Assembly (NCBI GenBank): GCA_047967505.1
Contig: CM106538.1
Source: Dipteris shenzhenensis
Lineage: Eukaryota
Strand: one strand, 5' to 3'
DNA: 64,000 nucleotides
Part shown: piece after piece, positions 47,001-58,997 of the stretch
How the letters are laid out: each line of letters begins with the position of its first letter
Position numbering within the stretch: the stretch's first letter is position 1
Made by a program: the position numbers and the translations under genes
Notes under the pieces: model-generated
Databases searched by the model: none
Seen by the model: only the letters and a program-made list of their open reading frames with translations
What the model was told of the DNA's origin: nothing

Positions 47001-49554
47001 CATCTAGAGCAACAGCTAACTTTGCAGTGGCATTATGTTGCAATTCTAATGGCGCTTCTTGAGCAAAGGGGCAGCAGATGGTAAGACCCTGTCAAGGGAA
47101 ACCTAAACACAAAATTCACCATGCCCAGGCAAGTTGTACTCGGTTAGTTCCATGGTATTTCATTAAACACAGTGTTGATGCCTTGTGTCAAACTCTACTA
47201 TGTATGCATTCACGTATAAAGAATACTAGCCTAGGCTAGCAGATATTTGACCATATCACAATGTACTTTCACACGGAAAAGAACAATTCAGGGCTAATGA
47301 GAACCAGGAAAAATCAAATCAGTATTTCTTTGTAATCGTTACTATGATTGGTTGAAGAAAGAGCATGTGAAATTCAGATGGAGCTCCATACCGAGGGTGA
47401 GGATTGCATTTGACTATTTTCTGCCCATACTTGCGCCACCTGTAGCCATCATCAAGGATATCAACATCGCTTGTAGTCTGAACAACTACACGCGGTTCAC
47501 GAATAGTCCTCAGTGGGGGAATTGACGCTGGATCCCCCTCCTTTTCTTTCTTCCTGATATCGAACACAACCAGGTGAGCACCTATCAACAAATTGGACTT
47601 GAACAATACTCAAAACAACAGAATCACAAAAAAGTAATTTGATTCATGAAAGTCAAAAAACTGTCCAACACAAAGTGAGTATAGCCTGTGACACCTGCGC
47701 TTGGAATCAGTCTCATCATCATCTCCATCTTCAACTTTGGTCCCTGCACCATCACCTTCCTCATCACTGGTGGAGCCAGAGGAGGGCTCTGGAGTCTGAA
47801 TTGCTCCACCAGATGAGATCCTTGAAGTGGAAGGATCTAAAGTGACACCCTCATTTCTTGTATTAGACATATGCAGGGAAGAGCTGTCAACTTTTTCAGC
47901 TATCATTATCATATTGCCACCCCCATTTGTCATATTGTGAGCTCCCATGGACATTCTTCTCGTTACCTGCGGTTTTGCATGATTGTGCTCACCTTTGTAA
48001 ACAATTTCCGTGACTTGCCCATCATGTGATCGCTCCACCTTCTTCTTCACTGGACAATTAGCACTAGTGCATTTGTAATAGCTCCGGGGAAACTCACTAC
48101 CTTTCACCTGCTTCTGGCCATACTTTCTCCAGTTGTATCCATCCTCAGAAGGCCTATCGACCAGAGTGCTAGCAGCAGGTGGTATTGGTTGGGCCTTCTC
48201 TGAAGCATCATTTGATTGTTGCCAGAGAATTTCTGACGGCCCCCTGCTCTGTATAGGAATCACAAGTTTGGGTGCATCCACAAACAAGTCTGTTTGCATG
48301 GAGACAGCTGCAGAGCTGGGTGCTGACGATGTTTGTGACTGTGCTTGGGCGTGTACCTGTGCAAGGGCCTGCTGATGAGAGAGGCCTGACTGACCCTGTA
48401 AAACAATGAGTAAAGGAAAGTGTCTTATAAAAACACTAAATCGTGCTTGGGATCTATACTAAAAGTACTTCTGAATTCATGCAGCTTTCAATAAAGAACC
48501 TGATACTATGGAGCAAATCAACCGTCTAAGCTGGCTAAGCTAGTTCTAATTTAAAACTAGTTTAAATGATCTCAAACCGGCAGCCCAAAAACGCTCCTAC
48601 AAGTAAGATGACTAGTTCTACCAGAAATGTTATTTGCTACATTGACTCCGTCACTCATTGACACTGCACACCATTTACCAGCTTGGCAAGGGGGGAGAGC
48701 GGGTTCCTTCCAATCTTTGGCAGAGGCTTCAAAACAGACATTGAAGTGCCACTTGCATCTGAACTCTTTTCGAAGGAAAAGTCTGATGCAGGCACAGCTA
48801 GGGGTCCACTACCTTGACTGATTGGAGGCAGTGGAAAAGTTCCAGTTGTTGGAGAAGGTTCTGCCTGCACGCGTAAAGGTAAGGGCAAGGTAAGGGCATC
48901 GAGTTAAGCATTGATGATGTTCTCCCACCCCACGTTAGCAATTTCAGAAAGCATTATTTGAAAATACCAAACCAAGGCAATAAGTACAGGACCTCTAACA
49001 AAGAATAGCGCACGAAAGAGTTCGAATTTCTTACACTGAGGTCAGCCTCAATAAAGGTTAAAACTTACCTGTCCAGTCGATAGAAGGACCGGGGAGTCTA
49101 GCAACGTAGTAGGACTGAGCCCTGGTGGAATGGTTAAATAAGAAGATCTAGGAATAGGCAGCCGCGAAGGGGTCATTGATTTGAAACGCGCTGTGTTCGA
49201 TCGTCCCACACTGGGGCTTCCAGGAACTCCTGGACCCTTTTGCCCGAGTCCCCGAGCGGCTAGCCTTTCCGCAAAGCTCCCACGGGCGGAGTTAGGAACA
49301 CTGTGGACTGCCGGGGAAGATGAGTGAGCAGCGGCAGAGCCATCGACCTGTTCGGCAGTGTGAGAAGCCATGGATCCGGTTACTGTGCGGGGAGGGGATT
49401 TACAGTGGTTGTGATGCTCCTCTTCCGCAAAGAAGCTGGATACCGATGTGACAGGACCGGGTTCAGATGGGTTTTTGGAAGGGACAGTGGATGAAGTTGG
49501 CATGGCAAGCTGCACCTCCCCTTCTCTGTCCAAGCTTCTGTGTTTGGGTTCCAT
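26033..49554 (-). CDS. WRKY: Group I WRKY transcription factor (two WRKY domains), 5 exons, ~691 aa
   Basis: Exons 49069-49554, 48679-48864, 47695-48395, 47392-47553 and 26033-26573 join in frame. N-terminal [16 protein letters not shown]; domain 1 [11 protein letters not shown]...C-x4-C...HNH; domain 2 [38 protein letters not shown]...YEGKHNH, split at the canonical PR intron (26574-47391, 20.8 kb). Confidence 0.95.
30718..37048 (-). mobile_element. Young full-length Ty1/Copia LTR retrotransposon B
   Basis: LTRs 30718-30920 and 36848-37048 (TG...CA on minus; one substitution plus a 2-bp indel seen). TSD ATATG (30713-30717 / 37049-37053). tRNA-iMet PBS at 36834-36845; PPT adjacent to 30921. 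Confidence 0.97.
31020..35146 (-). pseudogene. Copia gag-pol polyprotein (gag, protease, integrase, RT, RNase H) with two frameshifts
   Basis: ORFs 33899-35146 ([20 protein letters not shown]), 32041-33918 ([24 protein letters not shown]) and 31020-32168 ([18 protein letters not shown]). Frameshifts from a 19-bp tandem duplication (33891-33928) and a small deletion near 32045. Confidence 0.93.
39972..40972. repeat. ~450-bp direct duplication inside Gypsy C
   Basis: TATACCT(G/A)GATGAATCC...GATAGGGCAACG at ~39972-40420 and ~40522-40972. Confidence 0.9.
41110..41695. repeat. ~260-bp tandem duplication inside Gypsy C
   Basis: GACATAGACAAGGCCATTGTGGTGAATGATCTT...GATATTGGTTCA repeated at ~41127-41372 and ~41449-41693. 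Confidence 0.9.
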
Positions 49555-52500
49555 GTGGGCAGGGTGGGTTTCTCGTGAATGGCTTCTGGGCGTCCCTTGC
49601 AGCTTTCTCAAAGAACATAGATGAGGGGAGAGCCTGAGGAGAGCCTGAAATGCGCTGACCCAAATCAGAGAATCGGTGGGAATTGGGCTGTGAAGCTCTG
49701 ATTGTACAGCAGGAAAGGTACGAAGAAAATAGAGGGGGATCTTGTACTGTGTAGTGTATAAAATGGGCTGAAACAGCAGAGTGATTGGCACAATCAAAAG
49801 GAAGAAGAAGAAGAAGGACAGAAAAGGGAATGTAAGCAGTGAAGGCGAAGGCAGGGAAAGGCTAAGGATTGAGGAATCTGCAAATGGGAATAAAGAGAGG
49901 AAACCGATGAGGAGAAGAATGTGGGAGGCCGGAGGGATCTAAATGAGAGAGACGCCACTACATTGTTGTTATTGGTGGTGGTGTTGTTGTAGTAGTAGTA
50001 AAAAGGCGTTATGTTTGCATATATGTTTGGAGTTTGGACATGTGTGGGATGATGGTGGTGGCGGAGAAGAATGGGCACGCACGCCCCAGCAGCAAACGAC
50101 ACGCTCCTGTTTTGTGTAATCCTCGGCTCATACGATTTCTAAGCCCCCTCAACATCGGTAAGCCCTCTCCACGAGGAACATTCGGTAGTAGTAAGCCCAT
50201 ACACAAAGGCCTCACGGAATCTTTATGGCAATCACGATGACCTGAGGCCCTACCTCATGGCCTTTCTAAAATGCTTTCCCATTGTCGAAAAGACCATAGG
50301 GAAGGGCCTTAGGGAGTCGCGATCGACGAAGGCAACCTGCGACCTAGACGACCTTCTTGGGCATCAACGATTGCTGAAAGTGATGTGCAGCAGCAAGATG
50401 GCATCACAGGTGGAGACGATGGCGGCCTCTTTCAGAATGGGAATCGAGCCATATTAAACGCCTCCCCTCTGTTTGATGCACCACCAAAATCTAGCTACAA
50501 TGAAAGCCCACCCATCATGCTACACCATGTGACGATTGCTTGTGCTATGTCATCATGAAAGTGGCTAGAATCCTAGCCTCTCAATGGATTCTAACCACTT
50601 CCCTAGCCAGAATGCCCTCCCCCAGCCCTTTCCCCATTAGATGATTCCAAGCCCTGCCTAGCCTAAGAGGGCAAGAATCGTACTCTAGAAATCTACGACT
50701 GGCAACAAGAATAGCCATAAACTACAATTCCACCTTCTTCATTAGATGTGGAGAAACTCCCATTGACATGGGGGATTTGGGCAAAGTTAAGCATGAAAAT
50801 AGGAAGGGATACATTTTTTAGGAGATTGGAGCCGTTTAACTTGTTGCATCCAACCTAACACTTAGGAAACTAAATGAACCATAGCTGCCATGCCATAGAC
50901 TCACAGACGTTCCCACGAGCAACTCATGTGTGTTTAATCTTTTTTTCATTGCATTGTGGGAATGTGCTATAAGGTCGTTTTTAAGAGCAAACAGCACCTA
51001 AAGCTGGGCGGGCTTTTCAACAAATGGGAGGTCACCAAAATCATTGTGGGAAGGCAAGGCTTGACATACCAAAATCCTTGGCCTTTCTCTCCACTCTGAC
51101 GTGGATTCCATCAATGCCCAAGGCTTGTTTTTTGTGTACATATCAATACTTAGGCTTTTTTTCGATTCATTTTCAATGGATGTATCTACATTTAGGGTTT
51201 AAAGCATAGATATATGGCTTTTAGGATGTGATGCAAGGAATAGTAAAAAAGTATAAGGGGCAAATAGGGGAACATACTCCAAGGGTGGGCTTTCAAGAGG
51301 GATGTTATGGCCCTACTTCCCCCTGGGGGCGGTCACTATGTAAAACCCACAAAACACGTGCAAGCAAGCACATATTTAAAATATCCCTATCATTAAAATT
51401 TCACATTTTTTTGTATAATTGTTTACCCCTCTTCTGTACATATACATGTTGTAATTTTGAATTTAAAGGTCCCCTCCTTACATTTACATACCATATTTAT
51501 ATCAGATAAGCATTTTTTAAATCCCCTCCTGTATGTAAATGGCCCATAAGTCCCCCAAATTTAATAATCCCCTTCTATGAATGAACCTACTATCTTACAT
51601 ATTTACAGAGTGGTTCACCCCACAAAACCTTCACCTTATAAAACTATTGTCACTCATGATGCAAATTCAGCTCAGTCTTTAGGATTTAGATTGGGCAACC
51701 GATTCCAATGAAGATGGGGCCTTATACACAACTTATTTCATCGTAGCATAAGATACTACCAAAGGATGGACTATCTAGACCTTGGCAAGCTAGTTTAAAT
51801 CATGATTGATGGGAAAATGTACCAACTTAGGGTGCAAATTCTACATGGGAAAATAGGTAATGAATCTGACCAACTAGATCTAGTGATGATGGGACCTTGC
51901 ACTTATCTTGATTCTATCATGGTAGAAGGATCTAATATGACAACCCCATCCAAACCCTACTAACTCACTCTATATGTGAATCTTATGAAAGCTTAGGGCG
52001 CATATCATACAAGTTCTATTGGTGGGGCCATGAACTACATTACATCCAACAAATCAGTATGAGCTACCATGCCCAAGCCCACTTAGATCCCATTAGCCTA
52101 CTCTAAAGACATCCCCATGAAGCCATGACCCAAGAGTACCTCATCAACCCATTTATAAGCGATGTTAGTTTTTTAGAATAGGGGTGGTTATAAGGGTCCA
52201 TGTTGCAAAGCACATGTGCATGCCATGAATTATAACCACAAAATTTGGCAGCCATTTACAACCACTTTTGAGGGTGGTCTCATGCTTTCAAGCATCAAAA
52301 TGACCATTGGTTTTCTAAAAATATATTGATGTTGTTTAAAATGTCAATCCTATATCAATGATTATTCAATGTTTAGGGTTTAAAGGAGAGTGATCATGAA
52401 TAGGATGATGCAATGCATGACATGATACATGCATAATTTAATCTAGAAAGACATGAACAAAAACCTAAATAAGAGGAGAGTGATTATGAGTAGGATGATG

Positions 52501-53101
52501 CAATGCATGACATGATACATGCATAATTTAATCTAGATTTGAGGCATGAACATGAAGAGAGCATCTTCCAAGATGGGGGGACAATTTCCCATGAGTCTCA
52601 ATGAGGCTCAATTAAGATAAAGATAAATGCAATGTTATGTACAAAGATCCAAGATATTGCATCTTGCAACAATTGAGTCTCAATGAGGCTCAATTAAGAC
52701 AAAGGTTAATGCAATGTTATGTACAAAAATCCAAGATATTTCATATGGCAACAATTCTTGTCAATTTAAATAATAAAATCAAAACAACATGTACAATAAT
52801 TTACACCCCCAGTAACATTAAAAACCATCCTATGGTCTCTAAGACTTCTACCGCTTGATCCTTCCAAAGTCATGTCACATTCAAACTAAAATGTGACATT
52901 CTTTTGCTCTTTAGGAACCAGTGTCCTTAATGATAGTGTATAGGAATGCTCTCTTATCTAGTAAATCAATTCCTTAAGTAGCTTAAATAGGGGAAGCCCA
53001 TGCCAAGCAACTCACACGATGGGTGTCTTCTAATTTTGAGCTTTCATTTCTCCTTGGTCTCCACCTACATCCCACATTATCATGTAGTTCCTACAACATA
53101 A

Positions 53102-53607
53102 CAATCCCATCACTTGGAGAAGTAGCTACCTGTAAAAATCAGTTTAACAAAGAAACATGAAATCTTGGATGCAAATTGCAACCCTATGGTAATTCTAATC
53201 TATGTCCTACCTTGCAATATCATAAGCCTCACCTATTTTTTAAGGTCACTACCTTTATACTTTTGTGGTGTTTGATGCCACTATTGCACCCAAAATTTGT
53301 GTTCTTTGTTAAATACTTCAATATGCTTCATGTGAGTTAGCTCCATTCCTTGGACAATTCCATCACTTGGAGAAGTAGCTACCTGTAAAAATCAGTTTAA
53401 CAAAGAAACATGAAATCTTGGATGCAAATTGCAACCCTATGGTAATTATAATCTATATCCTACCTTGTAATATCATAAACCTCACCTATTTTTTAAGGTC
53501 ACTACTTTTATACTTTTGTGGTGTTTGATGCCACTATTGCACCCAAAATTTGTGTTCTTTGTTAAATACTTCGAGATGCTTCATGCGAGTTAGCTCCATT
53601 CCTTGGA
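53102..53607. repeat. ~253-bp tandem duplication
   Basis: CCATCACTTGGAGAAGTAGCTACCTG...GCTCCATTCCTTGGAC occurs twice head to tail. Confidence 0.9.
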
Positions 53608-55089
53608 CTTTATAGTGTTTTTTTGCTTCATTGGAAGTAGAGTTGCAATTGGGAAAAAATATCTGACAACATCACAATGTGTTCTCTCCTTTGTTGCCTC
53701 CTTTTTATAGAATGGAGGTCTACAATCTGATTTCATTTCATTATGGGATTGAAGGTTGCACTCAATCACCATCTCAATCGTACTATTGGTGATGTGTTTT
53801 GCTTAATTGTTTTGCATAAGTTTATACATTTATATAATGAAAATAAGTACCATCAACACATAATGCTCTTTTATTGTAATAGAAAAATTCATTATAATGA
53901 AAATAAAAAAGATATATTATAAATGGATTGTCTACATTGCTTGTCTCCTAGAGATCACAATCTATTAAAATCTCATTTCTTTGTGGCTATGGGCACATTA
54001 AATCTAGATTACATTTTTATTATCCTCTAGTCATGAGGGTAACTCAATAACATATTCCCCAACATATATTTGTTCTACCTTTGCACCATTTTGAGCTATT
54101 TATGTAGCCTCTTACATTACCACTTTCCACATCACCTACAATCATTTTCTACTCTACTTGTGTTTTCACATTGGTATCCTCACATAATAATATACACCTT
54201 CATTCTCTATCCTATGCACATAGCTCTCTGTATTCATCACATATATATCTTGTACCAATTTAAATAAATAAAATTGCATCTTGTGAAATTGGGATCATGC
54301 AAACAAGTTTTGCCCTACCCTTGATGATGTCGACTCACTAAGGATGCTTGGTAATAAAGGGATTGGAATTTCCAGTTTGAAACATCATTAGATTATTTTT
54401 TCCAAACAAATTTTTTTTTTTGGGGGGCGGGGGGGGGCGAGGGGGGTTGGTTTTTTGTTTCTTGTATGTGTATATTTTTTTGTATGTGGATGTATTTTTT
54501 GTTTCTTAATCATGTGTATGTGTGTGCATTGTGCACTGTGTGTGTAAGCATGTGTGTGCACAACTACATAGTCATAACAACTCCTCCAACTCGGCTCATT
54601 ATAACCACATGGTTATTAGTAAGGATTCAAAGGAACAAGGCTATGTAGCCAATGGAGTGCTTGGAAATTGGTGGCTAAGTAAGAAAGCATTTGTGCAAGC
54701 TACATGGTATGTTTCTTCTATTCATTTTCTAATTGTAAAACATACATGTTTCTTCTAATCATTTTCTAATTGTAAAACATTTATATAATGATCATTAACC
54801 AGCTATTGTATTTACCTTATCTCATCATCTTGCTTTTTGTAGGAATTTTATGAATGAGGTTGTTGAAGAGATGCATCTTACAAACTTTATGTTGAAAAGA
54901 GTGTCACCAAGAAGAGACAATTCATTTCCATTCTTAGGGATCCCTGTTGCTGACATGCATTGTGATATTCAATATTGAAAGATGTACTTGATTTAAGAAA
55001 CATGGTAGGTCCATTTGAATTCATTCATGCATATGTGCTACTAGCATTAGTAGATAAGGATATTTGGTTGTTTATACTAATTTTCTAGA

Positions 55090-56890
55090 TGGTAGACCCA
55101 TTAGAAGTCATTCATGCATATGAGTTGTTGGCATTAGTAGAAAAGGGTACTTGGATTTTTGTCCTATTTTTTAAAACTCATTTGAGGTTAAGTTTTAAAG
55201 AAAATGTTATTTTCAAGACAATAATATGCTAGATTAGAAAGGAAAAGAAACATTTTGGCTTTCCAAGCTTCATTAGGTTGATTTTTTTGCATATCAAATA
55301 CCATGATGTTGGAAGGCACAAACAAGAGAAAAGGCTAGAAGTTGGACAAGCCACCAAGGGGACAAAGCAAAGATCAAACACCTTTGAGTACATGGAGGTT
55401 AGTAATGTTTTTTTGGATGTACGCAAGGTCCAAGCTGCAACGGTACAATTGAACAATATGAAATCATGGAGTAAGGGACATTTCTCTTATTTACTTGAGT
55501 TGCACTTTCTTAAATGTCTTTCTTAATAGTTTAAATTTTATAAAATTTTAGATTGTAGAGAAAACCTTGTGTTTGTTATAAAGTTGGATGAGCGCAAGGT
55601 TGTGAAAGGTCACAAGATGGAGAGGGTGACCATTAAAAATCCTTTGAAGATGCAAAAATATGGAAGTTTAAGAAGAATTTAGTGTTCAATTAGAAAAACA
55701 CATTTGGTGGCTTGCTACATTTCAACCCCTTAAAGAGACACACTCCTACTTGAAGCTATTGATAAATATCCAATTCCAATTGTCATAGATGGCCAAACCA
55801 ACCAAGAGTTGCTTCATTTAGAAGGATTTCTATCTTTAAACGTTGAGAGGCACATGTCAAGAGACCTAAAAACATTGAAGTGCATGCTTGGAGTGGAGAT
55901 GAGTGCAAATGCAACATATCTATCCCTTTTTTACCACTCATAGCATGTGCATCGTGCAAGTGAGCAAGGACACGAATATAAGACAATATAGATGGAATGA
56001 AGAAGGAAAGAAAACAAAAAAAAGGAGTGATGAGTTTAGTCACAAAGCTACACATAACACAGACAAAATTGATGAGAATCGGGATGCAATTGTAAACATC
56101 CCATTAGAAAGAGTGCATTTTGGTGAGTTGCATGTTAAAATGCATCTCATCGCGATAACTTAATCTATTTGTATGTGGCATAGGCATGAAGAATTAAAAC
56201 TAAAGAGAGAGATACAACAAGTATTGCAAGGGATGAAGCTCTTCTATCAAGCACGAGATACATGGAGGAAATGTGAAGCTATTTAAAGACACACAAGCTC
56301 AAGAAAGTAAAGGAAATATTCCCAGTAAAGTGTCCATGGGGGGTTGTACACGCACAAAAGTTTTTATCCAATCATGGTAAAAATCGATTAAATATGCATT
56401 GGAATTTCTAGAAAGCCTTATGTGAGTGTACCACAACTTTGGAATCTACCCTAATGTGAGACATTTGATAGCATGTGTTTGGAAAGAAATAGATAATGTA
56501 GTAAAGATCTAGAGATAGCCTTCCACAAATGATGAGGATATGCATAATGTAGATGTGAAAGAGTTTATTGAAGCCGTGATGGATGGTGGATGGATGGGGT
56601 GGATCACACATTTTTACACATTACATGGTATGGTTTTTCTACATGGCATGGAGGAAGAGTTACTCGATCTAATGCTCTTTGTGAAACAATTGAGTCGTTC
56701 TATCATGGCACAATTGGCTATTCTAATGCAAGGGATAAATCTTTGCAAATAGAGTTACCTCAAGCAATTCATCAAGTTCAAACAAGTACAAGTAGGCGTT
56801 CATAGAAATTGCCAAAAGCTACCCAAAAGCACAAAGGATGGTTAGCAAATAGAAGCCCTTTAGGAAAGTCTTGGATCCAAAAACATAATG
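55090..56890 (+). pseudogene. Second, highly decayed RAG1/Transib-like transposase homologous to 11701-14002
   Basis: Collinear motifs: VGISRKGY (~55130), NVFLDVRKVQ, FVIKLDERKVVKGHKMERVTI (~55572), EKHIWWLATFQ (~55693), DLKTLKCM (~55863), NIPLERVHFGELH (~56095) and THYM / GME (~56620-56655). Many stops and frameshifts. Confidence 0.85.
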
Positions 56891-58426
56891 TGAAATGATG
56901 TTTCTTAATGTTGGGTTCATATTTTTGGTAATTCAAAGCTCACAAGAAAATTTAATATTTTTTATCTTAGAATACCTTTAATAAGTTGACTTTGGAACAT
57001 ATATTATTTTTCACAAAAACATAGCATAGTGGTAATTAGTATACTTTACTTGTCAATCCAGCATTTCAACATCACTCTCTTTTAGAATCATGCACATTCA
57101 TAGTTGTTGTTGTACTTGTTTCATCAATAGGGTTCCTATAATCATTTAATAGTTTAACATGGCTATGATAAATATTAAAATATAAATCTCCTTTATTATC
57201 ACACCAAAGCTCCTTCATAATGATAGGACCTTCTTCTCTCATCTCTCCTTTCATGTCTTGCATGCTTGAATACGTCGCATGGTGAGAACAAAGAAATGGG
57301 AAAGTGTCTTGGGGACAATGATCTCTAGGCAATAATATGAGAGGCTCCTTAAAGAAGAATGCAAAAGGGGAGAAGAATGTACACCTTTTGAAAAAGAACA
57401 ATAAGAAAGTGAAAATGATATAAATGCCTTGAGAGAACATGGAGAGCTACTAAGACAAATGAGAACATTTCTATTGAAGACAAACAAACCTCATGCAAGA
57501 GGCCATTTTTGAAGGGAGAAACATTTATGTAAGCATGGAGGCAAGAGAAACAAAGATGACTCTAGATTCTTGCTGCTCAAGCGCAAGGCAACAAATCAAT
57601 TCATGGCAAGCCCCATGGGGTTACAGTGCATAAGAGTTCTCACAAGCAAGGAGATCATAGATTAGGTAAAAGACTTTACCAAAAAGGTGTGCAAAAGAAA
57701 TAGCTCCAAAGCACAAAAACAAAAGAACTATCAAAGGCAAGAGAGGTAAAGGTGGTGGAGCTGGCAGTGACGGATGTGCAAGTGGAGGTGGAGGTGGACA
57801 TGGTGGGGTCATGATGGATATCTTGGAAGGATATGTAGCAAGAGGTGAGGAATGAAAGTGCTATACGAGATTAAGAAGTACCAAAATAGCATGGAGCCTG
57901 TGATTGCAAGAGCTTCATTGGGGGTGAAGGAGATCATGGAAGAGTTCAAAGGTGACCTTTGGACTCAATCCAAATTTCTCTTTTTGCTTTGCAAGAGGCA
58001 TGTAAAATGGCTCTAGTCTTTCTTCTTGATGACACAATCTTGTGTGTGTTCTATGTCAAAAGGCTTACTATTTGGTCATCTCGCATTTTTAAATTTTTTG
58101 ATAATGAAATGTTTTCTTGATCAATGCTCAAAATCTTTTGTTCAAATCAATTAAATTTTTTATATAATAATGAAATTGTGAGGTTTTTGTTTAAATTTAT
58201 ATTCCTAATTGCAAATCAGTGAGCCAAATGCAACATTGTAAGCATGCTTTAAAAAATATATATTTGTAGATTCAATATAACATTATAGATATAGGTTTAA
58301 AAATATCTATGCAAATTGAAGAATAAAAAAATACAAATATATATATGTTGTATACCATAATCCCTTTAAAAAGAAAATCAAATAATGCACTTATCATTTG
58401 AAATTATATAATATTTAGTATTAGTG

Positions 58427-58429
<3 letters not shown>

Positions 58430-58462
<33 letters not shown>
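58430..58462. repeat. (TG)n microsatellite
   Basis: Read directly from the sequence. Confidence 0.95.
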
Positions 58463-58466
<4 letters not shown>

Positions 58467-58997
58467 TTAATAGTCCCATCAATAAATGAGCCATACAATT
58501 AATTCCATCATTTGGATAAAAAGTTATATTTGAGACAAGGACAAAAATATTCTAAGTTGAGAATTGCAACAAATTGAGAGCGTAAAAATTCCAACAAAAT
58601 TAAGAATTTATAATTAATATTGAGTTTGAAAAAGGAACAGAACAAGGTGTCGAATCCATAAGGTAGTCCAAGTTCTTAGTCAAGGTCCATTTACTTGCCA
58701 CCATCCAAATAAACCGTATGTTAGAACAATATAGCTTGATTTGGGTAGACAGGTAATGCCGATGCTCCTTGGCTTTTTATTGCTTTACCTAGGAACAAGC
58801 ACAACCTTCCATATTCTAGAGTATAATTTATAATAAAGTTAAACAAAGTGGGAGGTAGTCCAATAACAATAAGTGAAGATTATATGCAAAGTAATTATAT
58901 ACCAATGAGGCCCATGCTACGTGATCGATAATTTGAATTTAAGAATTCATTAATAACTAAAGGCCATATAAATAATTATGAGTTAAAGGAAGGAAAT

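Noticed and set aside
50090-50760. Decayed coding-like segment upstream of WRKY
   Set aside because: Multiple stops in all frames and no identifiable motif.
51000-58400. TIRs for the second transposase copy
   Set aside because: No convincing CATTAGG/ATTTTGGGGCC-type inverted pair found by eye.
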